Shown piece after piece: positions 38,686-48,235 of a DNA stretch of 64,000 bases. The stretch is from the IMG/VR virus record IMGVR_UViG_3300014204_000001, positions 10,011 to 74,010 of that record; one strand, written 5' to 3'. Under the pieces are notes generated by a model, which was not told the origin of the DNA, made no database searches, and saw nothing but the letters and a program-made list of their open reading frames with translations. This stretch comes from a virus (taxonomy: Duplodnaviria > Heunggongvirae > Uroviricota > Caudoviricetes). The position numbers and the translations under genes are program-made. The first letter of the stretch is position 1. The number at the start of each line of letters is the position of its first letter.

Positions 38686-38761
38686 GGCCACAGATGGTAC
38701 GTGACGCCGGCTGCCTGCTCCCCTATCATGTGAGGGAACAGCCTCTCCCTCGGAGCCTACC

Positions 38762-39319
38762 TTGCGCCTGCGCGTCATCTCACTAGTGGACTGGCTCTTT
38801 TTCATCGCCTTCCCACTGGCCTCAGTAGTCCTAGCAGTCTACACCCTACTCACACCTCAGGAGGCGTCTGCAAGGCTAGTGTCCTGCATCTCGGCCATGG
38901 GCTGGGTCGCAGTCAGCGTGGTTGTGCTACTTCAGCACTACCAAACCCGGCGCGTACTCAAGTTCGAGAGTAAGCACCAGGTGCGTGTGGGCTGGCTTCA
39001 ACCGCAGTACGAGGTGTACCCGGTTGTCTTCGACGAAGAGGTGGAGTCCCTGCTCGTCAAGCTCGAGCAGGGATATCCTTGTGCCCGCCAGGCGCTCCAC
39101 GGCTGCACCGTGATCTTTCGCGAGGCTACTTGGATACAGTTGGGAACGTTACGCCGTGTCGCTGGCGAACAGGATGGGGAGTTCATCGTGGTGGGCTGGC
39201 GGCCGCGAATCCACGATAGCGCACTCCAGCACGAGTTGGCACATCGGGTGCTACAGGTGTGCGCAGGCGATCCCTCGGAAGAGCGAGCACATGCAGTCCT
39301 GGTCAAGCTGGGGCTCTGA
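38762..39319 (+). CDS. Membrane protein with an HEXXH motif (possible metallopeptidase)
   Basis: Two TM helices, LQHELAH; start uncertain. Confidence 0.55.
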   Translation: MRLRVISLVDWLFFIAFPLASVVLAVYTLLTPQEASARLVSCISAMGWVAVSVVVLLQHYQTRRVLKFESKHQVRVGWLQPQYEVYPVVFDEEVESLLVKLEQGYPCARQALHGCTVIFREATWIQLGTLRRVAGEQDGEFIVVGWRPRIHDSALQHELAHRVLQVCAGDPSEERAHAVLVKLGL

Positions 39320-39635
39320 TCTTTTTCTTCTTCGGCTTCCGGTGTTTACGAGGTAAAACCTTGGATGGTGGTTGGAAGCCTACAGGTCGCGCGGGCGCGC
39401 TCTTGTATACTGACTCCGTGGGCATCTGGTTTACGAGGTCGAAGAACATCTGAAGTCTCTGCGCGTTGGCTGCGAATTCGTACTCGTCCGTCTCGAGCAG
39501 AAGCGTGAGGATCTTCGTGGTGTTGCCAACCAGTTCCAGTAGTAGATCAGACAGGTCGCCCGTGTAGTCCATGGCCGCTACCTCGTGATATCCGGGGGTC
39601 ATCTCTTGTGGCAGGTCATCCTCGAGGCCACGCAT
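39303..39635 (-). CDS. Hypothetical protein, acidic with a basic tail
   Basis: 110 aa; overlaps the upstream gene. Confidence 0.65.
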   Translation of the reverse strand: MRGLEDDLPQEMTPGYHEVAAMDYTGDLSDLLLELVGNTTKILTLLLETDEYEFAANAQRLQMFFDLVNQMPTESVYKSAPARPVGFQPPSKVLPRKHRKPKKKKIRAPA

Positions 39636-40539
39636 AGAGCTCACCACCCCAGACAAAAGCACCGTCTGTGATCGTTACTACCACCACGTCCGTGTGGCTG
39701 TTCGGCCTGACGTACGCTACTGCGAATTGGTGACACCAGCCCGCCTCTCTTCCATGAAGCCATCCGGGTCGCAGAGTCCGCAGGCACCCGAGGCCGAGAC
39801 CTAACTGGTTCCCACGCTTAGACGGCTTGAGGTATGCCTGGTGCTTATGCGTATGTGCATAGACTACAGTGTGCCCCGGTTCGCCATAGGTGTCGACCAT
39901 CTTGACGGCGTGGTACTTCGAGCCAAAGCCTTCGCCGAGCGTCTGGTGTCCGTGGGTGATGTCCAGGTCACCGCGGACGATGGGTTGTTCATCCTCAGGC
40001 ACCCAGGTCGCCCCTATCTCGTCGAGCGAGAGTCCCACCTTGACCGTGAGGGCCCCAGCTATCTGAGGTAGCTGTGCGGCGGTGATACGGCGCAGCCTCG
40101 TTTCGTGGTTTCCCTCGAGCAGCGTGAGTTGCGCGCTAGAGCAGGCTGCGCGCACCTCGCGTAGGACCCCCTTGCCCGCAGAGAAGTCCTCGAGCAGCGT
40201 CGTGAAGTCCGTTCCAGGGTGTTGGGAGCAACTCTCGAGCTCGAGGAAGTCACCGAGGAACACCACCTCGTCCACAGGGTGCATCGGAAGCCACGCGCGT
40301 ACGATGGCATACCAGGCTGCCTTGTCATGATCCGGCACATGCAGGTCCGGTAATAGCAAAATGGTGCGGCTGTTCGAGCTGCGCTTAGGAGCCGCTTGCA
40401 CAGGGCGCTGCTTGGTGGTCTTATCACAGAGGCACTGCTTGCACTGGTTCCTGAGTCCGTCAGGGTTCCGTGCAAGGCGATAGAAGTACTCGGCGGTGGC
40501 GGGGAACTCGCGAAGACAGCGGGTACAGGTTTTGTGCAC
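39616..40539 (-). CDS. Calcineurin-like metallophosphoesterase with N-terminal Zn finger
   Basis: CTRC..CKQC; DLH, GDFLE, GNHE, THGH, HTH. Confidence 0.9.
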   Translation of the reverse strand: MHKTCTRCLREFPATAEYFYRLARNPDGLRNQCKQCLCDKTTKQRPVQAAPKRSSNSRTILLLPDLHVPDHDKAAWYAIVRAWLPMHPVDEVVFLGDFLELESCSQHPGTDFTTLLEDFSAGKGVLREVRAACSSAQLTLLEGNHETRLRRITAAQLPQIAGALTVKVGLSLDEIGATWVPEDEQPIVRGDLDITHGHQTLGEGFGSKYHAVKMVDTYGEPGHTVVYAHTHKHQAYLKPSKRGNQLGLGLGCLRTLRPGWLHGREAGWCHQFAVAYVRPNSHTDVVVVTITDGAFVWGGELYAWPRG

Positions 40540-40629
40540 GGTGGTCTCGCTTGCGCGTGGCTCCTTCCCTCGAAAAGAAACCTAGGCGATCCTGGCCTTG
40601 GAGTCAAAAACGCCTACACTCCATAGGAG

Positions 40630-40977
40630 GTGATCACCATGCGCATTTTTATCCTGGATGACGAGGCTCTACGGCACGATTACTTCGAGACGAAGTACGC
40701 GGGACATGTGTGTGTTCACACTTACACTGGTGAGGAAGCTCTTACGCGTCTACGGAGTGAGCCTCGCTTCGATGTAGCCACGTTAGATCACGACCTCGGC
40801 CCTGGGATAGACGGGACCGAGGTCGCGAAGACTTTAGTTGATCCTGAGCGATTTCCGCCAGAAAAACTTCCAGCGGTGATCGTCGTGCATTCGTTCAACT
40901 ACTACCGTGCACTGGGTATGGTCTCGCTGTTTCAGAGCGTAGGCATCGAGTCACGTTGGGGACGGTTCGGCTACTAG
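40630..40977 (+). CDS. Stand-alone receiver-fold protein (cyclic-phosphate-processing REC type)
   Basis: IFILDDE, ATLDHDLG, VHSFN..RA..M. Confidence 0.75.
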   Translation: MITMRIFILDDEALRHDYFETKYAGHVCVHTYTGEEALTRLRSEPRFDVATLDHDLGPGIDGTEVAKTLVDPERFPPEKLPAVIVVHSFNYYRALGMVSLFQSVGIESRWGRFGY

Positions 40978-41555
40978 CTCCAGTGCACTTCGAGGGGTGC
41001 GAGGGTCTTTGGGTCTGTCGTGCCCCAACCCAGACAAACTGTTCCCTCGTTTCCATAGCGGTCCAAGACGCCTTGCACAGTCTCTCGCACTGTGGCGTAG
41101 TGGTGTGGGCGACCATAGTCCATGTAGGCGTAGCCGCCGTCGCGCTCGAGTAGGCAAACGTTGTGCCCTCCTAGAGTACCGTCCCGCTGCATGTAGGCTA
41201 CGGTAAGGATGCGTGGATTCTTGTACTCAAGGTTTGAGTTGGCGATGGCTGTTGCGCAGTAAAGTGCGAACTCGTCGCAATCGCCGATTCGCCGGTCACC
41301 TTCTGTGCCAACGTACTGAATCTTACCAGGATAAGAGAAAGCATCGAAGAGCTGCGCCCAGGAGTCTGCCGTCCAGATAAGCCGGCAGATGAAGGCGACA
41401 AGATCGTCCATGTTCTGGTACGCGGGGACCTGGATGTTCTGGTACTTCCGCTCGAAAAGTCGACGGTACAGCCAGGACTTAGCCTGGCAGATGCGAAGCC
41501 TGAGGTAGAGTACTGTGCCCAGTCTACAGAAGAAGATGCCGAGTTTGCGAAACAT
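40974..41555 (-). CDS. Transglutaminase-like Cys protease domain protein
   Basis: GDCDEFA ... GHNVC ... YMDY (C-H-D triad). Confidence 0.7.
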   Translation of the reverse strand: MFRKLGIFFCRLGTVLYLRLRICQAKSWLYRRLFERKYQNIQVPAYQNMDDLVAFICRLIWTADSWAQLFDAFSYPGKIQYVGTEGDRRIGDCDEFALYCATAIANSNLEYKNPRILTVAYMQRDGTLGGHNVCLLERDGGYAYMDYGRPHHYATVRETVQGVLDRYGNEGTVCLGWGTTDPKTLAPLEVHWS

Positions 41556-41567
41556 GGGGCTCCTTAC

Positions 41568-43034
41568 TTAGAACTGGGCGATCCGGTTGAGCCGCACCTG
41601 GTCTACGTAGACCTTGTCCGCCGCCCCATTGATGTCAGCCTCGGTCTTCACTACGCCCGTATTCGCGCAGATTTCTCCAAGGGTTCCACCGAAAGTGGTG
41701 GCCGCGTTGAAAGTAAGACCGTTGAAGCAGAACTGATTGCCCGGAGCAAAATTTACTGCGTAACCGGTGTGCCCCGTGATAGTGCAGCTGGTTAGCTGTA
41801 CATGCTGGTTCTTACCGTAGATGCGGATTCCGTCGCGGCCACAGTTACGAATAGTACAACCGCTAAGACCCACTACAGTGCAACCATCGTCATCGCCGCC
41901 AGCACCGAATCTCAGCCCGTCCTCAGTACAGCTTTCAATGATACCATCGTCTACTTCCATAGACAGAGAGTTGAAGAGCTGAATGCCGACTTTACAGTTT
42001 CGTACGATGAAGAAGTTGGTGTAGACGTAGCGTATGCCAGCGTTGAACCACAAACCCTCGTCAGTCATATTACTTACGATGATACCCCAATTGGTAAGAA
42101 TCTGCGGAGTGAATACCGTACTGGACTCACACTGCACACCCTTTTTGCCTGAGTCGATGATAACGTCGCCTACTGCTACGTGGGTGTTCAGTGACTGGTA
42201 TATACCTGCGTAACCGCTCGCCGAGATGTAGCTATGGTAGATAAACAGCGCAGCGCCTTTGTACGCGTAGGCGCCATAGTAGCTCGTAGCGCCGATAAAA
42301 CAGTTCCTGACGACCAGCGCCGCCGTATTCGTCGTATAGCAGCTGTAGTATGCCGTGGTGGCAGACAGCTTGAAATTCTTCAGAGTAAGCGCAGATCCTC
42401 CTGCCGCGTTGAGTTGTACGTTAGCCGTGGCGGAAGAAGCGATCAGCTCTGCGGCGGGCTCCACGATTACAAAGGTAGCGTTGGCCCAGTTAGGTTTCCC
42501 CGCCAATTCGAAAGAGGTCGCGGTATTACTGGCAATAGGGAAAGTTTCGCCCACGTCACTTGTCGAAGACGGCGCGGTCAAGATCTTGACAAACTTTCCC
42601 TTTAGCTCATTGACCGCCCAGCTCGCTGCAGGGACCTGAGCATTGTTGGTAACCATTGAAGTAATGGTGCCCGCGGTAGGGCCAACAAGAGTCGGCGTAT
42701 CGTAATCATCACCAACGATTGTTATGCCGGCGTTGAGCACGCACGTAATCACGCTAGTTTGATACGCACCGCGTTTGAAGTGAATCGTAATGGCGTGATT
42801 CACGAAACGCGGAATCAGATTTATTGCGGCAACCCAGGTCTTGAGAGGCGCGGCTTCACTGCCGTCATTTGTATCCAGGCCATTTGTTGCGTCGACCCAC
42901 AGGGTCACAGGCGCTGTGGTCTCGAGCGCACTCTTCTCAGCACGGGCCGCTAGATCGTCAAGCAGCTCCTTGGCCAGTGGCTTGCTCGCCATCGCGACTT
43001 CGAGGCGCCTGCGGGTCTTGGTGGAAAGAGTCAT
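41568..43034 (-). CDS. Right-handed beta-helix (pectin-lyase-like) protein, probable virion protein
   Basis: LWVDATNGLDTNDGS..APLKT..AAI; repeated CxI.N/G..GI rungs. Confidence 0.75.
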   Translation of the reverse strand: MTLSTKTRRRLEVAMASKPLAKELLDDLAARAEKSALETTAPVTLWVDATNGLDTNDGSEAAPLKTWVAAINLIPRFVNHAITIHFKRGAYQTSVITCVLNAGITIVGDDYDTPTLVGPTAGTITSMVTNNAQVPAASWAVNELKGKFVKILTAPSSTSDVGETFPIASNTATSFELAGKPNWANATFVIVEPAAELIASSATANVQLNAAGGSALTLKNFKLSATTAYYSCYTTNTAALVVRNCFIGATSYYGAYAYKGAALFIYHSYISASGYAGIYQSLNTHVAVGDVIIDSGKKGVQCESSTVFTPQILTNWGIIVSNMTDEGLWFNAGIRYVYTNFFIVRNCKVGIQLFNSLSMEVDDGIIESCTEDGLRFGAGGDDDGCTVVGLSGCTIRNCGRDGIRIYGKNQHVQLTSCTITGHTGYAVNFAPGNQFCFNGLTFNAATTFGGTLGEICANTGVVKTEADINGAADKVYVDQVRLNRIAQF

Positions 43035-43037
43035 AGT

Positions 43038-46000
43038 CTAATCCTTTGGGAGGAGCTTCTTGAACTCGTTCTTGATCTGTTCCTTGCGCTGCCCCATCCC
43101 ATGCAGGAACTCGTCGACGGAGGCGCCAGGATCACGGAGGTGCATCTTCTCAAGGACACCTGCGCGAGGCCTGGTCGCGAGGAACCGCTGGATAAGTACC
43201 TTCCGCTCTTCGGGCGGGAGGTCGTCGTGGCTCTTGTAGCGGATGCCTCGACCGATGACTTGCTTCAACTTCTCTTCGTTCCAGTGTGGCTCAAGAAGCT
43301 GGATGAGGCTAGTTCCCTTAAGGTCCAGGCCCTCGCCGCCAGCGCTAGACAACAGGAGCGCCTTGAGCTTGTTGTCATTATAGTCCCTGACGAGCTGTTC
43401 GCGTTGAGATCGCGGCATCTCACCAGTGAACTCGCCATAGGGGATCCCGAGAGACTTGATCCTCTCCCGGTAGGGGTTGATCCCTGATGGGAGGAAGTTC
43501 GAGTAGATGATGGCCTTGGCTTTCGGGTTCTTCTCCAAAAGCCCTTGTAGTTCCTGTACTGCCTTGTCGATCTTCGGATGCTCAGGTGCATGCTTCGTAT
43601 CGTAGGCAGCGGTGGAGTTCGACACCTGGCGGATTCCTGTGAGGAAGGTGTTCAACTCCTTCGCTTCGGACTTGGTCGGAGGCATGTTTGACCGGATCTT
43701 CTGAGCTACCCAGGGAGGCGCCGCTTTGATGACGGTATCGTAGATCTTGCGCTGGCGCTCGGTCATCGGCACCTTGATTTGCTGCTCTTCAGTAGTCGGA
43801 AAGCCTTCTGTAGATCCTGGGTGGTAGTCGACGTACTTCTGGAGGATCTTCTTGAGCTCGGGCTTCCGGTGCTCGGGGATCTCGAGCCGCGTCTCACCAG
43901 GTTTGCCCACAAGGGAGCCGAAGAAGCCAGGATCGATTCTTCGCTCGTGAATGTAGCGGCTCTCGAAGTCGGAGGATTTGGCAGGAAGCACGGTCTCGCC
44001 GGCCGCGATGTTGATGGGCGCCGCCATGTCCGCGGGGTGGTTGTACATCAGCGAACCCGTGAGTAGCAGGCGCTTCTGCGCTCCGGCGTCCATGAACGCC
44101 TTCTGCGCCTTGCCCGGGTTTCGTAGCCGGTGTGCCTCATCGACGATAAGCAAGGGGTTCAGGAGTGACTGCCCGCCGTTTCGAGCGGTCGCTTCCAGGC
44201 TTTGGAGGTTAATCGGAAATGGCTTATCCAGGTGCTTGGCCACTTCCTTGCGATAGTTCTCCTGGAGCGCCGCAGGCGTGACCACGTCTGCGGATAAGCC
44301 AAGGCGATCTGCGACCGCTAGGCTTGTCAAAGTCTTCCCGGAACCCAGGCCATGAACGATAACCAATCCCTTTTGCTCAGGGTCTTCCATGCGGTCGACG
44401 ACGCGCTGTTGGTGGGGCTTGAGGTCGGTGAGGAGGGCAGCTTCTTTTAGAAGCAACCCCCGATTACGCAGAGCAACCAGACTTGCGGTTTTTACACCTG
44501 GGGCTAAAGGGTTAGTCTTCCCTCGCACGCGCATATAGATCCCATCTTCCGGAGCAATGGGTTTATATGTCGCGAGAGGCTCCGCTTGTTGACCCCCTAC
44601 AACGCGCTCGTAGTAGGGGCTAGTTCCCACTAGAGAGCCTCCTGCATTTGGTATTTTGGGGCGCAGCCTAAATGACGCTGCCATTAGGCGTAGACGACCT
44701 AGTGCTCCTCGCGGATCCGTAGCGATGTGGTGTGTCCAAGGACCCGCGTCACGAAGTTTGGTGGCGTCAAAAACACGTAGACGAGACTGTCCCCAATTGT
44801 CGGCGTGCCCGCTTTGTGCGTACCCCGCTGCTACGCTAGGAATAGCGGTCATCCATTGTGGTTCATTCGCCGGCAGATTTATTGGAACGCCGCCCTTATA
44901 CGCATATCGACGCGCGTTAAACCCCGGTTCGCGAGTAACACTTTCAGGTGTCGCTGTTTGTATCGAGTTCAGCTGTACTACATCTTGCGGCGAATGACGG
45001 CCCGAGGAATGCGTGGCTAGCGCAGTTTCATTTATGTGCGCCACCGAGCGCAGACGCGTAGCCTCCGCTGCAATCATCTTTCGGTGCTGCGGATGCGCTT
45101 TGGCCGCAGCAGCCATCTCCGCCAGCGAACCTCGCGTATCGGTCACGAACGCTTGCTGGAGCCCCGTGTTCACAGGCTTCATCCAGGTCGCCCACTCACG
45201 TCGAGGTGAGAGGTGCGCTAGCAACTCGTTCATACCCATTACAATAGAGGGTGTTTTTTGTCCGGCATGCATAGCGTTGAGTACTGGTTCGCGCATTTCA
45301 CGCATAGGACGTAGCCAATGCAGGAGGTCTTGCGCCATACGCCCGCGAGTGATACTCGTTTCCTTGGCTACAGATCCCGTGGCGTCCAGCATGCGCCCCA
45401 GAAGGCGTGTCCCGACGGCTTCTTTAGTGAAGGCCGCCTTCTGCATCGACGAGCCCTGGGACTCAAGGTGCTGCTTGATGTGCTTGCAGTGCGTACCTTT
45501 GCCTGCGTGCCGATAGACGTAGTCAGGGCAGGTGCAGGTGAGCTTGGCGTCGTTGTCGTCGACACGCCACTTCTTGCGCCCGTCCTTGCTAGTGCGGAAG
45601 GCGGCCACGACTTCCGCGGACTTCTCCTTGAGCTTCTTCTCCATCTTGTCGAGCTCGATGTAGTAGCGCGGGCTCTCCGTGAGGTGGTCCTTGGCGATCT
45701 CCTTTTGAATCTCAGGGTCCGGGGAGTGTTCGCGCTCCACCTTCATGCCCTTGGCGATTTCTTTAGCGTCGAAGTCGCTGTCGGGCTTACCGTTGGCGCG
45801 TCCACCGATAATGCGCTCAGCCGCGGCCTTCAGCTCTTGCTGCGTCTCTGGAGGTGGCGCGAACGTGGGGGACATTTTCCAGTTCTGCATATGACCATAG
45901 AGATCAACGCCTTGAGCGTGCATCTCCTCCAGTACCTTCTTAGCCAACGGAGTAGCCTGAGAAGCCTGGTCCTTCGCGTAGTAGAACAACCCGGGGACAC

Positions 46001-46697
46001 CCTCGGTCATCACGTGCGGGATGCCCTGAAAATAGGTCTTGATCTTGTCCAGCGGGCTCGTCACCTTCGTGGCCAGCATCGTGGCCGCAGGGTGCGCGTC
46101 CTCGTGGAGGGTCCACCCCTCAGGGTGCGAGTGAATGTGAAAGAGGTTGTCCGGATGCCGGAAGGAGTCCGACTGGTCTTGACCTGATTCCGGAATTGCG
46201 ATCTTCACGGGCTTGAAGCCCAACTGGAGAATATCCTTCTCCGTGAGGATGCTCTTCGGGATGACGATCCGCTGGTGGCCCGTTCCTGTATAAGCCCCGT
46301 TCTCGTGCAGTTGCGCCTGCAGTCGGGTGAACCGCTGCTTCAGGAAGCGCATATTTTCGGGGGAATACGTCTGATCAGGTGTTTCGTCGGCAGCGGCCTT
46401 CGACGCCTCAGGCTGCAGCATCAGGTGCGAAAGGTTCTCTCCTCGCGGACGCATGTGCGGTGCGAGCACTGTAGCGAGGACGAGCTTCGGCCCCTTTGCG
46501 GTATCCACAGTCTTGAATGCTGCGTACCCTGCACCCCGTCCGTCCTGGTGCAGCGGCAGGTAGTAGTGCCCAGGGGACACGAACTCCGACACCCGTCCCG
46601 CTTCCGCCTGGAGCAGCGGAATCAGCGCGGGGTCGAGCATCGTACGTTCTTGAAGGCGGTCCAACGCGTGGAGTGCAACCTTCTGGAAGTCGTACAT
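43038..46697 (-). CDS. Composite protein: DUF5661-like + SWIM finger + SNF2-family helicase
   Basis: EIAKGMKVEREH...EIAKDHL.E.P.YY; CTCPD...CKH; HGLGSGKT, VDEAH, LTGS, SAGGEGLDL, QVIGRGIR. Confidence 0.85.
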   Translation of the reverse strand: MYDFQKVALHALDRLQERTMLDPALIPLLQAEAGRVSEFVSPGHYYLPLHQDGRGAGYAAFKTVDTAKGPKLVLATVLAPHMRPRGENLSHLMLQPEASKAAADETPDQTYSPENMRFLKQRFTRLQAQLHENGAYTGTGHQRIVIPKSILTEKDILQLGFKPVKIAIPESGQDQSDSFRHPDNLFHIHSHPEGWTLHEDAHPAATMLATKVTSPLDKIKTYFQGIPHVMTEGVPGLFYYAKDQASQATPLAKKVLEEMHAQGVDLYGHMQNWKMSPTFAPPPETQQELKAAAERIIGGRANGKPDSDFDAKEIAKGMKVEREHSPDPEIQKEIAKDHLTESPRYYIELDKMEKKLKEKSAEVVAAFRTSKDGRKKWRVDDNDAKLTCTCPDYVYRHAGKGTHCKHIKQHLESQGSSMQKAAFTKEAVGTRLLGRMLDATGSVAKETSITRGRMAQDLLHWLRPMREMREPVLNAMHAGQKTPSIVMGMNELLAHLSPRREWATWMKPVNTGLQQAFVTDTRGSLAEMAAAAKAHPQHRKMIAAEATRLRSVAHINETALATHSSGRHSPQDVVQLNSIQTATPESVTREPGFNARRYAYKGGVPINLPANEPQWMTAIPSVAAGYAQSGHADNWGQSRLRVFDATKLRDAGPWTHHIATDPRGALGRLRLMAASFRLRPKIPNAGGSLVGTSPYYERVVGGQQAEPLATYKPIAPEDGIYMRVRGKTNPLAPGVKTASLVALRNRGLLLKEAALLTDLKPHQQRVVDRMEDPEQKGLVIVHGLGSGKTLTSLAVADRLGLSADVVTPAALQENYRKEVAKHLDKPFPINLQSLEATARNGGQSLLNPLLIVDEAHRLRNPGKAQKAFMDAGAQKRLLLTGSLMYNHPADMAAPINIAAGETVLPAKSSDFESRYIHERRIDPGFFGSLVGKPGETRLEIPEHRKPELKKILQKYVDYHPGSTEGFPTTEEQQIKVPMTERQRKIYDTVIKAAPPWVAQKIRSNMPPTKSEAKELNTFLTGIRQVSNSTAAYDTKHAPEHPKIDKAVQELQGLLEKNPKAKAIIYSNFLPSGINPYRERIKSLGIPYGEFTGEMPRSQREQLVRDYNDNKLKALLLSSAGGEGLDLKGTSLIQLLEPHWNEEKLKQVIGRGIRYKSHDDLPPEERKVLIQRFLATRPRAGVLEKMHLRDPGASVDEFLHGMGQRKEQIKNEFKKLLPKD

Positions 46698-46701
46698 GAT
46701 C

Positions 46702-47319
46702 CTACCCCAGCCTGGGTGTCTTGGGGGTGAACATCTTGTTGGCAGCTGCGTCGCCAGCGATACCTGCCACGATGCCCAGGCCAATGGGGAGCAGGTTGGC
46801 TCCGGCTTGGATGCCACCGCGAGTCAAGGCCCCCTTAAGTCCCTCGCCGTTAGCGAAGCCTTGTATGGCCCCGCCCACGCCCCCCAGAACGGCACCTGCA
46901 GCATTGCCGATACCCGGAACGACCGATGCGCCGCGGCCAAGCCATTTCGACGCAGCGCCGACACCACGACCGATGGTGGCCAGCGTACCCGCATCCTTCT
47001 CAGTGATGCCGTAGTGCGCGAGAGCAACCCGAACCCCTGCCGTCTTTGCAGGGAGTAGCCCAGCTTGCGGTTGCGGCGAGCGACCCTGGTACCAGTGGCG
47101 CCCACCACCAGCAAGGCCGCCAAGGGTCGCACCCGTGAATGCACCGTTCGCGGCACCACCCAAGAGCGATCCATCGTCGGAGAGTGCTCCGCCGATTCCG
47201 CCTACAACGGCGCCTGGAAGAACCCCCGCAAGCGCCCCTTTACCCGCGGCGGAGAGGAGGCCCCTGTTCTGAGGCGAAAGTCTGATAGCGAGAGCGAGCT
47301 TCTCGAATTCAAGAGTCAT
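46702..47319 (-). CDS. Gly/Ala-rich glycine-zipper protein (putative internal virion protein)
   Basis: Repeated GxxxG helices; KLA/KTAG motifs. Confidence 0.7.
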   Translation of the reverse strand: MTLEFEKLALAIRLSPQNRGLLSAAGKGALAGVLPGAVVGGIGGALSDDGSLLGGAANGAFTGATLGGLAGGGRHWYQGRSPQPQAGLLPAKTAGVRVALAHYGITEKDAGTLATIGRGVGAASKWLGRGASVVPGIGNAAGAVLGGVGGAIQGFANGEGLKGALTRGGIQAGANLLPIGLGIVAGIAGDAAANKMFTPKTPRLG

Positions 47320-47795
47320 CGTGTACCGATCCTATCTTCGACGGCACTGACAACGCCGTCACCGACATTCGCGCCAGTTCGTGCTCCTGCAAATTCCCCG
47401 AGCATTCGCCCAAACTCTGGAAGCTTATCGCCTGCCCACTGCTGCACGCCACGCAGGCTTACCGGCAGAGGGATCATCCGCAGGCCAGCACCAAGCAGGC
47501 GTCCCGCCGAGTTGCCCACGTAGTCACCCAGTCGCGAGCCGTAGTGCGTACTGAGACCGGTTGCAAGACCGTGCGCAACGGGGCTACCATCGGTCTCCAG
47601 CGCACTGGCCAGCCCTGCTCCCACGCCGATGGGTACGGGCAGCGGTCCCTTGCCCAATCCGGTCTGCGCTCCCAGTTGAAGCAGGTCGCGCGCTGCGAGC
47701 TCAAGGGACGAAATATCCGCCGCATGAGACGCGAGTTTTACACCGAACCGAACCAGCACATGTTGCTGGCCGAGTTTATAAAAGGACTTATTCAT
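47316..47795 (-). CDS. Gly-rich protein (putative internal virion protein)
   Basis: MNKSFYKLG...FGVKLA N-terminus; GxxxG helices. Confidence 0.7.
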   Translation of the reverse strand: MNKSFYKLGQQHVLVRFGVKLASHAADISSLELAARDLLQLGAQTGLGKGPLPVPIGVGAGLASALETDGSPVAHGLATGLSTHYGSRLGDYVGNSAGRLLGAGLRMIPLPVSLRGVQQWAGDKLPEFGRMLGEFAGARTGANVGDGVVSAVEDRIGTR

Positions 47796-47920
47796 GTTCC
47801 CACTCTCCGCTCGATCTAGGGGCGTGACGACCTAGGTACCCAGAGAGTGGGAGGGGAAGGGAGGCCCCGCTGGACATTCGGTCGTCACGTCCCTACATCG
47901 GACAGGACTTCCATAGTATA
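47796..47920 (-). promoter_or_regulatory. Structured 5' leader with interleaved inverted repeats and a TATACT -10
   Basis: 47880-47900 pairs with 47812-47832 (19/21); 47843-47852 pairs with 47798-47807 (10/10, covers the RBS). Confidence 0.6.
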
Positions 47921-47926
47921 GGTCAT

Positions 47927-48121
47927 TCAGGTAGTTCGTGAGTTGGCGTCAGCGAACGCAGCAACCCAGGAGGAGCCGCGACCTCTGGCTACAAAGGCCA
48001 TGTGTCCCTCTTGGTTCTTCGACCAGAGCCCTACTTGGTAGATTTGCTGAGCCAGGTGAACGACGTCGCCGGTATTTCCCCACCGAAGCTGCGCTTCCAG
48101 TTCCGCTTCTTTACGGGTCAT
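47927..48121 (-). CDS. Small hypothetical protein
   Basis: GAGGGAG RBS; 64 aa. Confidence 0.6.
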   Translation of the reverse strand: MTRKEAELEAQLRWGNTGDVVHLAQQIYQVGLWSKNQEGHMAFVARGRGSSWVAAFADANSRTT

Positions 48122-48173
48122 GCTCCCTCGGGGTCACCCTTCACGTAAGCTTAGGCCAAGCTGAGGACTAAAT

Positions 48174-48218
48174 AAAGACGCGGCAGAGGGCTCACACCCC
48201 CTGCCGCGTTTTCTTTTT
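48174..48218. terminator. Bidirectional terminator
   Basis: ACGCGGCAG/CTGCCGCGT stem with A and T flanks. Confidence 0.75.
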
Positions 48219-48235
48219 CTCTTTAGTGGCGTGCG

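Noticed and set aside
45318-46187. 289-aa plus-strand ORF (and similar ones at 2633-3247, 12821-13519 and 31601-32413)
   Set aside because: Antisense shadows of well-supported genes.
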